DNA of 64,000 nt from NCBI GenBank assembly GCA_964016885.1, contig OZ024765.1:22382001-22446000 (forward strand). Reading direction: 5' to 3'. The position numbers were made by a program, and so were the translations under genes. Source of the stretch: Eledone cirrhosa (Eukaryota). The notes below the pieces were generated by a model. That model was not told the DNA's origin. It saw nothing but the letters and a program-made list of their open reading frames with translations, and made no database searches. Every line of letters starts with the position of its first letter. Position 1 is the stretch's first letter. This document shows, in pieces, positions 20,301-32,451 of this stretch.

Positions 20301-23300
20301 TGGTGTTGATGGTTGTTGTGGTGTTGGTGGTTGTTGTGGTGTTGCTGGCTGTTGATGTTATGGTTGTTGTGGTGTTGGTGGTTGTTGTGGTGTTGGTGAT
20401 TGCTGTGGTGTTGGTGGTTGTTGTGGTGTTGGTAATTGCTGTGGTGTTGGTGGTTGTTGTGGTTGTTGTGGTGTTGGTGATTGTTGTGGTGTTGGTGGTT
20501 GTTGTGGTGTTGGTGGTTGTTGTGGTGTTGGTGGTTGTTGTGGTGTTGGTGGTTGTTGTTGGTGGTTGTTATGGTGTTGTTGTTGGTGCTTGTTGTGGTG
20601 TTGGTGGTTGTTGTGGTTGTTGGTGGTTGTTGTGGTGTTAGTGGTTGTTGTGGTTGTTGGTGGTTGTTGTGGTGTTGGTGGTTGTTGTGGTGTTGGTGGT
20701 TGTTGTGGTTGTTGTGGTGTTGGTGGTTGTTGTGGTGTTGGTGGTTGTTGGTGGTTGTTGTGGTGTTGGTGGTTGTTGTGGTTGTTGTGGTGTTGGTTGT
20801 TGTTGTGGTGTTGGTGGTTGTTGTGGTTGTTGGTGGTTGTTGTGGTTGTTGTGGTGTTGGTGATTGTTGTGGTTGTTGTGGTGTTGGTGGTTGTTGTGGT
20901 TGTTGTGGTGTTGGTGGTTGTTGTGGTGTTGGTGGTTGTTGTGGTGTTGGTGGTTGTTGTGGTGTTGCTGGTTGTTGTGATGTTGGTGGTTGTTGTGGTT
21001 GTTGGTGGTTGTTGTGGTGTTGGTGGTTGTTGTGGTTGTTGTGGTGTTGGTGGTTGTTGTGGTGTTGGTGGTTGTTGTGGTGTTGGTGGTTGTTGTGGTT
21101 GTTGTGGTGTTGGTGTTTGTTGTCGTGTTGGTGGTTGTTGTAGTTGTTGTGGTGTTTATATGGTTGTTGTGGTGTGGTGGTTGTTGTGGTTGTTGTGGTT
21201 GTTGTGGTGTTGTTGGTTGTTGTGGTGTTGGTGGTTGTTGTGGTTGTTGTGGTTGTTGTGGTGTTGGTGGTTGTTGTGGTGTTGGTGGTTGTTGTGGTGT
21301 TGGTGGTTGTTGTGGTGTTGATGGTTGTTGTGGTTGTTGTGGTGTTGGTGATTGTTGTGGTTGTTGGTGGTTGTTGTGGTGTTGATGGTTGTTGTGGTTG
21401 TTGGTGATTTTTGTGGTGTTGGTGGTTGTTGTGGTGTTGGTGGTTGTTGTGGTGTTGGTCGTTGTTGTGGTTGTTGTGGTTGTTGGTGGTTGTTGTGGTG
21501 TTGGTGGTTGTTGTGGTGTTGGTGGTTGTTGATGTTATAGTTGTTGTGGTGTTGGTGGTTGTTGTGGTGTTGATGGTTGTTGTGGTGTTGGTGGTTGTTG
21601 TGGTGTTGGTGGTTGTTGTGGTGTTGGTGGTTGTTGTGGTGTTGGTGATTGCTGTGGTGTTGGTGGTTGTTGTGGTGTTGCTGGCTGTTGATGTTATGGT
21701 TGTTGTGGTGTTGGTGGTTGTTGTGGTGTTGGTGATTGCTGTGGTGTTGATGGTTGTTGTGGTGTTGGTGATTGCTGTGGTGTTGGTGGTTGTTGTGGTT
21801 GTTGTGGTGTTGGTGATTGTTGTGGTGTTGGTGGTTGTTGTGGTGTAGGTGGTTGTTGTGGTGTTGGTGGTTGTTGTGGTGTTGGTGGTTGTTGTTGGTG
21901 GTTGTTGTGGTGTTGGTGGTTGTTGTTGTTGTTGGTGGTTGTTGTGGTGTTGGTGGTTGTTGTGGTTGTTGGTGGTTGTTGTGGTGTTGGTGGTTGTTGT
22001 GGTTGTTGGTGGTTGTTGTGGTGTTGGTGGTTGTTGTGGTGTTGGTGGTTGTTGTGGTTGTTGTGGTGTTGGTGGTTGTTGTGGTGTTGGTGGTTGTTGG
22101 TGGTTGTTGTGGTGTTGGTGGTTGTTGTGGTTGTTGTGGTGTTGGTTGTTGTTGTGGTGTTGGTGGTTGTTGTGGTTGTTGGTGGTTGTTGTGGTTGTTG
22201 GTGGTTGTTGGTGGTTGTTGTGGTTGTTGTGGTGTTGGTGGTTGTTGTGGTTGTTGTGGTGCTGGTGGTTGTTGTGGTGTTGGTGGTTGTTGTGGTGTTG
22301 CTGGTTGTTGTGATGTTGGTGGTTGTTGTGGTTGTTGGTGGTTGTTGTGGTGTTGGTGGTTGTTGTGGTTGTTGTGGTGTTGGTGGTTGTTGTGGTGTTG
22401 GTGGTTGTTGTGGTGTTGGTGGTTGTTGTGGTTGTTGTGGTGTTGGTGTTTGTTGTCGTGTTGGTGGTTGTTGTAGTTGTTGTGGTGTTGATGGTTGTTG
22501 TGGTGTTGGTGGTTGTTGTGGTTGTTGTGGTTGTTGTGGTGTTGGTGGTTGTTGTGGTGTTGGTGGTTGTTGTGGTTGTTGTGGTTGTTGTGGTGTAGGT
22601 GGTTGTTGTGGTGTTGGTGGTTGTTGTGGTGTTGGTGGTTGTTGTGGTGTTGGTGGTTGTTGTGGTTGTTGTGGTGTTGGTGGTTGTTGTGGTGTTGGTG
22701 GTTGTTGTGGTGTTGGTGGTTGTTGTGGTTGTTGTGGTGTTGGTGTTTGTTGTCGTGTTGGTGGTTGTTGTAGTTGTTGTGGTGTTGATGGTTGTTGTGG
22801 TGTTGGTGGTTGTTGTGGTTGTTGTGGTTGTTGTGGTGTTGGTGGTTGTTGTGGTGTTGGTGGTTGTTGTGGTTGTTGTGGTTGTTGTGGTGTAGGTGGT
22901 TGTTGTGGTGTTGGTGGTTGTTGTGGTGTTGGTGGTTGTTGTGGTGTTGATGGTTGTTGTGGTTGTTGTGGTGTTGGTGATTGTTGTGGTTGTTGGTGGT
23001 TGTTGTGGTGTTGATGGTTGTTGTGGTTGTTGGTGATTTTTGTGGTGTTGGTGGTTGTTGTGGTGTTGGTGGTTGTTGTGGTGTTGGTCGTTGTTGTGGT
23101 TGTTGTGGTTGTTGTGGTTGTTGGTGGTTGTTGTGGTGTTGGTGGTTGTTGTGGTGTTGGTGGTTGTTGATGTTATAGTTGTTGTGGTGTTGGTGGTTGT
23201 TGTGGTGTTGATGGTTGTTGTGGTGTTGGTGGTTGTTGTCGTGTTGGTGGTTGTTGTGGTGTTGGTGGTTGTTGTGGTGTTGGTGATTGCTGTGGTGTTG

Positions 23301-23575
23301 GTGGTTGTTGTGGTGCTGCTGGCTGTTGATGTTATGGTTGTTGTGGTGTTGGTGGTTGTTGTGGTGTTGGTGATTGCTGTGGTGTTGGTGGTTGTTGTGG
23401 TTGTTGTGGTGTTGGTGATTGTTGTGGTGTTGGTGGTTGTTGTGGTGTTGGTGGTTGTTGTTGGTGGTTGTTGTGGTTGTTGTGGTTGTTGTTGGTGTTG
23501 GTGGTTGTTGTGGTGTTGGTGGTTGTTGTTGGTGCTTGTTGTGGTGTTGTTGTTGGTGCTTGTTGTGGTTTTGTT
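8375..23575. repeat. ~15-kb GT-rich satellite built from 9/18-bp units (GTTGTTGTG, GTGTTGGTG) with higher-order repeats
   Basis: Direct inspection. The rare marker GATGTTATAG recurs at 11124, 12936, 14479, 16775, 18579, 20267, 21531 and 23169. Confidence 0.95.
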
Positions 23576-23879
23576 GTCTTGTGCTGTTTAGATGAATTCC
23601 TTTAGGTTCACAGCTGAAATTCCCTACACCACATCACCCCTCCACACCACACCACACGATCCTTCTTCAGCTGGGGAGGTGTGGGGGGAGGGCGGGAGGG
23701 GGGAGGGTTGATACCATTATTTTTGGAGGTCGATACGAAAACGGCCAGTCAAGTAACAAGGTCGATCCAATCAATTACCGACCCCATCCGCCACCACCAT
23801 CTGCTATAGCCACCCCTCCCCTCCCCCCATCGCCATCATGAAACTTTGTGGCCAAGCGCCAAGGTCAGAAATAATCGCT

Positions 23880-24045
23880 GTATCATCATCATCATCATTA
23901 TGGTTATTATCATCATCATCATCATCATCATCACCATCACCACCACCACCATCATCACGACAACCATCATAATTATCACCACCACCACCATCATCACTAC
24001 AACGACTACAACAATCATCACCATCACCATCACCACCGCCACCAA

Positions 24046-24095
<50 letters not shown>

Positions 24096-24260
24096 CCACC
24101 ACCACCATCATCACGACAACCATCATAATTATCACCATCACCACCATCACCACTACAACCACCACCACCACAATCATCATCATCATCATCACTACCATCA
24201 CCATAACCATCATCACTATCTCAACAATCATTACCATTACTACCACTACTACCTCCATCA
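23880..24260. repeat. (CAT)/(CAC) trinucleotide low-complexity tract
   Basis: Direct inspection. Confidence 0.9.
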
Positions 24261-24436
24261 CCCCCCCCCCATATCTATATTTCTATAAAACCTATCAATA
24301 CAGCCAAGAACAAGGTCTGATTATTGATTTTAATGAACCTTAAACATAGATTTTACTTCTCTTTTATATTGTAATATATATTATAACTCAACTATTATAA
24401 AAGCCTTGTGTATTCGTCCGTCACACACTAGAGATG

Positions 24437-26890
24437 ACTGAGGAAGGAAGGGGTGATGACGTCGACTGAGGAAGGAAGGGGTGATGACGTCGTTTGAGGA
24501 AGGAAGGGGTGATTACGTCGACTGAGGAGGGAAGGGGTGATTACGTCGACTGAGGAAGGAAGGGGTGATTACGTCGACTGAGGAAGGAAGGGGTGATTAC
24601 GTCGACTGAGGAAGGAAGGGGTGATTACGTCGACTGAGGAAGGAAGGGGTGATTACGTCGACTGAGGAGGGAAGGGGTGATTACGTCGACTGAGGAAGGA
24701 AGGGGTGATTACGTTGTTTGAGGAAGGAAGGGGTGATTACGTCGACTGAGGAAGGAAGGGGTGATTACGTTGTTTGAGGAAGGAAGGGGTGATTACGTCG
24801 ACTGAGGAAGGAGGGATGATTACGTCGACTGAGGAAGGAAGGGGTGATTACGTCGACTGAGGAAGGAAGGGGTGATTACGTTTACTGAGGAAGGAAGGGG
24901 TGATTACGTCGACCGAGGAAGGAAGGGGTGATTACGTCGACTGAGGAAGGAAGGGGTGATTACGTCCATTGAGGAAGGAAGGGGTGATTACGTTGTTTGA
25001 GGAAGGAAGGGGTAATTACGTCGACTGAGGAAGGAGGGGTGATTACGTCGACTGAGGAAGGAAGGGGTGATTACGTTGTTTGAGGAAGGAAGGGGTGATT
25101 ACGTCGACTGAGGAAGGAAGGGGTGATTACGTTGTTTGAGGAAGGAAGGGGTGATTACGTCGACTGAGGAAGGAGGGGTGATTACGTCGACTGAGGAAGG
25201 AAGGGGTGATTACGTTGTTTGAGGAAGGAAGGGGTGATTACGTCGACTGAGGAAGGAGGGGTGATTACGTCGACTGAGGAAGGAAGGGGTGATTACGTCG
25301 ACTGAGGAAGGAAGGGGTGATTACGTTGACTGAGGAAGGAAGGGGTGATTACGTCGACTGAGGAAGGAAGGGGTGATAACGTCGACTGAGGAAGGAAGGG
25401 GTGATTACGTCGACTGAGGAAGGAAGGGGTGATTACGTCGACTGAGGAAGGAAGGGGTGATTACGTTGACTGAGGAAGGAAGGGGTGATTACGTCGACTG
25501 AGGAAGGAAGGGGTGATTACGTCGACTGAGGAAGGAAGGGGTGATTACGTTGACTGAGGAAGGAAGGGGTGATTACGTCGACTGAGGAAGGAAGGGGTGA
25601 TAACGTCGACTGAGGAAGGAAGGGGTGATTACGTCGACTGAGGAAGGAAGGGGTGATTACGTCGACTGAGGAAGGAAGGGGTGATTACGTCGACTGAGGA
25701 GGGAAGGGGTGATTACGTCGACTTAGGAGGGAAGGGGTGATTACGTCGACTGAGGAGGGAAGGGGTGATTACGTCGACTGAGGAAGGAAGGGGTGATTAC
25801 GTCGCCTGAGGAAGGAAGGGGTGATTACGTCGACTGAGGAAGGAAGGGGTGATTACGTTGTTTGAGGAAGGAAGGGGTGATTACGTCGACTGAGGAAGGA
25901 AGGGGTGATTACGTCGACTGAGGAAGGAAGGGGTGATTACGTCGACTGAGGAAGGAAGGGGTGATTACGTTGTTTGAGGAAGGAAGGGGTGATTACGTCG
26001 CCTGAGGAAGGAAGGGGTGATTACGTCGACTGAGGAAGGAAGGGGTGATTACGTTGTTTGAGGAAGGAAGGGGTGATTACGTCGACTGAGGAAGGAAGGG
26101 GTGATTACGTTGTTTGAGGAAGGAAGGGGTGATTACGTCGACTGAGGAGGGAAGGGGTGATTACGTCGACTGAGGAAGGAAGGGGTGATTACGTTGTTTG
26201 AGGAAGGAAGGGGTGATTACGTCGACTGAGGAGGGAAGGGGTGATTACGTTGTTTGAGGAAGGAAGGGGTGATAACGTCGACTGAGGAAGGAAGGGGTGA
26301 TTACGTCGACTGAGGAAGGAAGGGGTGATTACGTTGTTTGAGGAAGGAAGGGGTGATTACGTCGACTGAGGAGGGAAGGGGTGATTACGTCGACTGAGGA
26401 GGGAAGGGGTGATTACGTCGACTGAGGAAGGAAGGGATGATTACGTCGACTGAGGAAGGAAGGAAGGAGTGATTACGTCGACTGAGGAAGGAAGGGGTGA
26501 TTACGTCGACTGAGGAGGGAAGGGGTGATTACGTCGACTGAGGAAGGAAGGGGTGATTACGTCGACTGAGGAAGAAGGGGCGATTACGTCGACTGAGGAA
26601 GGAAGGGGTGATTACGTCGACTGAGGAAGGAAGGGGTGATTACGTCGATTGAGGAGGGAAGGGGTGATAACGTCGACTGAGGAAGGAAGGGGTGATTACG
26701 TCGACTGAGGAGGGAAGGGTTGATTACGTAGACTGAGGAGGGAAGGGGTGATTACATCGACTGAGCAAGGAAGGGGTGATTACGTCGACTGAGGAGGGAA
26801 GGGGTGATTACGTCGACTGAGGAGGGAAGGGGTGATTACGTCGACTGAGGAAGGAAGGGGTGATAACGTCGACTGAGGAAGGAAGGGGTG
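24437..26890. repeat. 28-bp minisatellite GACTGAGGAAGGAAGGGGTGATTACGTC (~85-90 copies)
   Basis: Direct inspection; a GTCGAC versus GTTGTTT variant alternates along the array. Confidence 0.95.
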
Positions 26891-26977
26891 TCTAATACAC
26901 ACATCTATGTGATGACTGAGGAAGGAGGGGTGAGTGAGAAACTATAGAAGTCCAGCATTCTAAGATTCGTCACAGCT

Positions 26978-27145
26978 GTGTGTGTGTGTTTGTATCACTT
27001 GTGTGAGTGAGTGTGTTTGTGTGTGTGTGTATTTGTATCACTTGTGTGAGTGTGTGTGTGTGTGTGTATGTGTGTTTGTATGTTTGTATCACTTGTGTGA
27101 GTGAGTGTGTGTGTGTGTTTGTGTGTTTGTATGTTTGTATCACTT

Positions 27146-27182
<37 letters not shown>

Positions 27183-27319
27183 TATGTTTGTATCACTTGT
27201 GTGAGTGTGTGTGTGTGTGTGTGTTTGTGTGTTTGTATCACTTGTGTGTGTGTGTGTGTTTGTGTGTTTGTATCACTTGTGTGAGTGTGTGTGTGTGTGT
27301 TTGTGTGTTTGTATCACTT

Positions 27320-27356
<37 letters not shown>

Positions 27357-27789
27357 TATCACTTGTGTGTGTATGTGTGTGTGTGTGTTTGTATCACTTG
27401 TGTGAGTGTGTGTGTGTGTGTGTGTTTGTGTGTTTGTATCACTTGTGTGAGTGAGTGTGTGTGTGTGTGTGTATTTGTATCACTTGTGTGAGTGTGTGTG
27501 TGTGTGTTTGTGTGTTTGTATCACTTGTGTGAGTGAGTGTGTGTGTGTGTTTGTGTGTTTGTATCACTTGTGTGAGTGTGTGTGTGTGTTTGTATCACTT
27601 GTGTGAGTGTGTGTGTGTTTGTGTGTGTGTTTGTGTGTTTGTATCACTTGTGTGAGTGTGTGTGTGTGTGTGTGTTTGTGTGTTTGTATCACTTGTGTGA
27701 GTGTGTGTGTGTGTGTGTGTGTGTTTGTATCACTTGTGTGTGTGTGTGTGTGTGTGTGTGTTTGTATCACTTGTGTGTGTTTGTATCAC

Positions 27790-27826
<37 letters not shown>

Positions 27827-28271
27827 TATCACTTGTGTGAGTGAGTGTGTGTGTGTGTTTGTGTGTTTGTATCACTTGTGTGTGTGTGCGTTTGTTTGTG
27901 TGTTTGTGTCGTGTGTGTCTGTGTGTGTGTGTGTTTGTGTGTTTGTATCACTTGTGTGAGTGTGTGTGTGTGTGTGTGTTTGTATGTTTGTATCACTTGT
28001 GTGAGTGTGTGTGTGTGTGTGTTTGTGTGTTTGTATCACTTGTGTGAGTGAGTGTGTGTGTGTGTTTGTGTGTTTGTATCACTTGTGTGAGTGTGTGTGT
28101 GTGTGTTTGTGTGTTTGTATCACTTGTGTGTGTGTGTGTGTGTGTGTGTTTGTATCACTTGTGTGAGTGTGTGTGTGTGTGTGTTTGTGTGTTTGTATCA
28201 CTTGTGTGTGTGTGTGTGTGTTTGTGTTTGTATCACTTGTGTGTGTGTGTGTTTGTGTGTTTGTATCACTT

Positions 28272-28303
<32 letters not shown>

Positions 28304-29375
28304 TTGTGTGTTTGTATCACTTGTGTGAGTGTGTGTGTGTGTGTGTTTGTGTGTTTGTATCACTTGTGTGAGTGTGTGTGTGTGTGTGTGTTTGTGTGTT
28401 TGTATCACTTGTGTGAGTGTGTGTGTGTGTGTGTGTGTGTTTGTATCACTTGTGTGAGTGTGTGTGTGTGTGTGTGTTTGTGTGTTTGTATCACTTGTGT
28501 GAGTGTGTGTCTGTGTGTGTGTTTGTGTGTTTGTATCACTTGTGTGTGTGTGTGTGTGTGTGTGTGTTTGTGTGTTTGTATCACTTGTGTGAGTGTGTGT
28601 CTGTGTGTGTGTTTGTGTGTTTGTATCACTTGTGTGTGTGTGTGTGTGTGTTTGTGTGTTTGTATCACTTGTATGAGTGTGTGTGTGTGTGTGTGTGTGT
28701 TTGTGTGTTTGTATCACTTGTGTGAGTGTGTGTGTGTGTGTGTGTTTGTGTGTTTGTATCACTTGTGTGAGTGTGTGTGTGTGTGTGTTTGTATCACTTG
28801 TGTGTGTGAGTGTGTGTGTGTTTGTGTGTTTGTATCACTTGTGTGAGTGTGTGTGTGTGTGTGTGTTTGTGTGTTTGTATCACTTGTGTGAGTGTGTGTG
28901 TTTGTGTGTTTGTATCACTTGTGTGAGTGTGTGTGTTTGTGTGTTTGTATCACTTGTGTGAGTGAGTGTGTGTGTGTTTGTGTGTGTGTTTGTATCACTT
29001 GTGTGAGTGTGAGTGTGTGTGTGTTTGTGTGTTTGTATCACTTGTGTGAGTGTGTGTGTGTGTGTATGTTTGTGTCACTTGTGTGAGTGTGTGTGTGTGT
29101 GAGTGAGTGTGTGTGTGTGTGTTTGTGTCACTTGTGTGAGTGTGTGTGTGTGTGTGTGTGTGTTTGTGTGTTTGTATCACTTGTGTGTGTGTGTGTGTGT
29201 GTGTGAGTGAGTGTGAGTGTGAGTGTGTGTGTGTGTGTGTGTGTGAGTGTGTGTGTGTATCACTTGTGTGTGTGTGTGTGTGTGTGTGTGAGTGAGTGTG
29301 TGTGTGTGCGTGTGTGTGTGTGAGTGAGTGTGTGTGTGTGTGTGTGTGTGAGCGTGTGTGTGTATCACTTCTGTG
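26978..29375. repeat. (GT)n array punctuated by TTTGTATCACTT
   Basis: Direct inspection. Confidence 0.9.
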
Positions 29376-29487
29376 AGTGAGCGCAAAGGAATGAACCAAC
29401 TAATAAACAAGCTTCTCTTTTTTATATTAGGTATAGATACTACAACTATCCATCATTTTTGACGGCATGGGGCCAGCATATATATTA

Positions 29488-30265
29488 CTAGCAGTGGTAC
29501 CCGGCGTTGCACGGGATAAGGTATTTTGGAACGCGGGCCGCCAACAGACCTAATCGTGGAAAAGCTGCGTGCCTGGACAATATGTAAAGAAAATAAACCG
29601 AATACTCTGATGGTTGGCTAATCTTTAAGATTTTCCTCGATGAAGCAAGAAAAATGTAAGTTTTCACCTAATGCGGATCCTAGGGGATCAAGAAAATGAA
29701 TTTTTTTATGTGCATAATATGCCTTGAAATTTCAGGAAAATCAGCTAGACATAACGCCTCAAAAAAGCCTTAAAAAGCCCTAGGCCATAAAAAAGTTGGA
29801 TTTTCTTTGCTCACGGTATGAAAAAGAGACTGACTAATACATAGTTACAATTTCAAGGAAATCGGTCTGACGTAACGCCTCAAAAAACCCCTAAAATCTG
29901 AAATAACGCAGTTTTTCACCTAATGACAAAGAGTAAAGTAAAATCCGAATGAGCCGAATTGTAATAATCAAAATCCCAAAACAAAATTTTTGACATCAAA
30001 AATGCGTTTCTATTGTATTGTCGAAAGATAACTCTTGTCTTCCTTAATCACGAAAATTGACACAAATAACCGAAATTTTTTAATGTTTCTAAAAGCCCCA
30101 ATATCGATTTTTGAAAGCCTTTGTAGATCATGCACAAGTTTTGTGAAAGGAGAAGCTCTGTAAAAAATTTAAAAGAAATTGCATGAATGGTTTAGAATAT
30201 ATGAGCCCTCATTAAAAATTGTCCAAACACACACAGAAAAATTCAGCTTTTTATATATATACAGA
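29488..30265 (-). mobile_element. Non-autonomous Helitron
   Basis: The reverse strand starts A|TCTGTATATATATAAAAAG and ends with a GC-rich hairpin (CCCGTGCAACGCCGGG), ~8 nt and CTAG|T. It sits at an A/T site with no TSD. Confidence 0.8.
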
Positions 30266-30299
30266 TAATATAAAATATATATATATTAATATAGTAGCT

Positions 30300-32313
30300 C
30301 GGAGATCAGAAAGTCACTCCCGGTAGAGCTGCTACTTCTCTGAATTGAGAAATCACAGCTCTGATACTACAGACATGTGGTTAGAATGTCTCAAGAAAGA
30401 TTCTCTGAATTGAGAGATCACAGCTCTGATACTACAGACATGTGGTTAGAATGTCTGAGGAAAGAATCACTGGATTGAGAGAGCACAGCTCTGATACTAC
30501 AGACATGTGGTTAGAATGTCTGAGGAAAGAATCACTGGATTGAGAGAGCACAGCTCTGATACTACAGGCATGTGGTTAGAATGTCTGAGGAAAGAATCTC
30601 TGAATTGAGAGATCACAGCTCTGATACTACAGACATGTGGTTAGAATATCTCAGGAAAGAATCTCTGAATTGAGAGATCACAGCTGTGATACTACAGACA
30701 TGTGGTTAGAATATCTCAGGAAAGAATCTCTGAATTGAGAGATCACAGCTGTGATACTACAGAACATGTGGTTAGAATGTCTGAGGAAAGAATCTCTGAA
30801 TTGAGAGATCACAGCTGTGATACTACAGACATGAGGTTAGAATGTCTGAGGAAAGAATCTCTGAATTGAGAGATCACAGCTCTGATACTACAGACATGTG
30901 GTTAGAATGTCTCAGGAAAGAATCTCTGAATTGAGAGATCACAGCTGTGATACTACAGAACATGTGGTTAGAATGTCTGAGGAAAGAATCTCTGAATTGA
31001 GAGATCACAGCTGTGATACTACAGACATGAGGTTAGAATGTCTGAGGAAAGAATCTCTGAATTGAGAGATCACAGCTCTGATACTACAGACATGTGGTTA
31101 GAATATCTCAGGAAAGAATCTCTGAATTGAGAGATCACAGCTGTGATACTACAGACATGTGGTTAGAATATCTCAGGAAAGAATCTCTGAATTGAGAGAT
31201 CACAGCTGTGATACTACAGAACATGTGGTTAGAATGTCTGAGGAAAGAATCTCTGAATTGAGAGATCACAGCTGTGATACTACAGACATGAGGTTAGAAT
31301 GTCTGAGGAAAGAATCTCTGAATTGAGAGATCACAGCTCTGATACTACAGACATGTGGTTAGAATGTCTCAGGAAAGAATCTCTGAATTGAGAGATCACA
31401 GCTGTGATACTACAGAACATGTGGTTAGAATGTCTGAGGAAAGAATCTCTGAATTGAGAGATCACAGCTGTGATACTACAGACATGAGCTTAGAATGTCT
31501 GAGGAAAGAATCTCTGAATTGAGAGATCACAGCTCTGATACTACAGACATGTGGTTAGAATGTCTGAGGAAAGAATCACTGGATTGAGAGATCACAGCTC
31601 TGATACTACAGACATGTGGTTAGAATGTCTGAGGAAAGAATCTCTGAATTGAGAGATCACAGCTGTGATACTACAGAACATGTGGTTAGAATGTCTGAGG
31701 AAAGAATCTCTGAATTGAGAGATCACAGCTGTGATACTACAGACATGTGGTTAGAATGTCTCAGGAAAGAATCTCTGGATTGAGAGATCACAGCTCTGGT
31801 ACTACAGACATGTGGTTAGAATGTCTGAGGAAAGAATCTCTGAATTGAGAGATCACAGCTCTGATACTACAGACATGTGGTTAGAATGTCTGAGGAAAGA
31901 TTCTCTGAATTGAGAGATCACAGCTCTGATACTACAGACATGTGGTTAGAATGTCTGAGGAAAGATTCTCTGAATTGAGAGATCACAGCTCTGATACTAC
32001 AGACATGTGGTTAGAATGTCTGAGGAAAGATTCTCTGAATTGAGAGATCACAGCTCTGGTACTACAGACATGTGGTTAGAATGTCTCAGGAAAGAATCAC
32101 TGGACAGATTTTACGGACAAAAACAACCGGCAGGAGACCCAGAGGTAGACCCTGAGCAAGATGGTTTGATAACATCCTTGAGCTTGGCTGGTCTTGCTTG
32201 GGGATCCAGCACAATCAGTTAGAGCTGATTGCTTCTGACAGGACCTGCTGAAAGGAGTGTTTGACGACTCTGTCCCCACAACCCTCTCAGGAATGAGTGG
32301 GAGAAGAAGAAGA
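30300..32313 (+). mobile_element. RTE-clade LINE 3' fragment whose interior is amplified into a 65-bp tandem array (~30338-32100, ~27 copies)
   Basis: The left flank reads EIRKSLPVELLLL*IEKSQL*YYRHVVRMSQER, the unit repeats IERSQL*YYRHVVRMSEERIS, and the sequence then resumes as GQILRTKTTGRRPRGRP*ARWFDNI, ending in a (GAA)n tail. Confidence 0.8.
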
Positions 32314-32451
32314 TAATATGATATATTATTGTCTCTGATCGAGACGAAGTGAGAGTGTATCTAAATATATATAAAAATGAGAAAACTAATTGTTAGAACA
32401 GCCGTTAAAACAGCTAAATGCTGTCAAATACAGCGATGGGCAAAAATGCCC

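Noticed and set aside
8298-23591. Long Val/Cys/Trp-rich ORFs, and a possible Thr-rich mucin on the minus strand
   Set aside because: These are products of a G/T-only satellite. Frames shift repeatedly, and there is no unique domain, signal peptide or minus-strand start.
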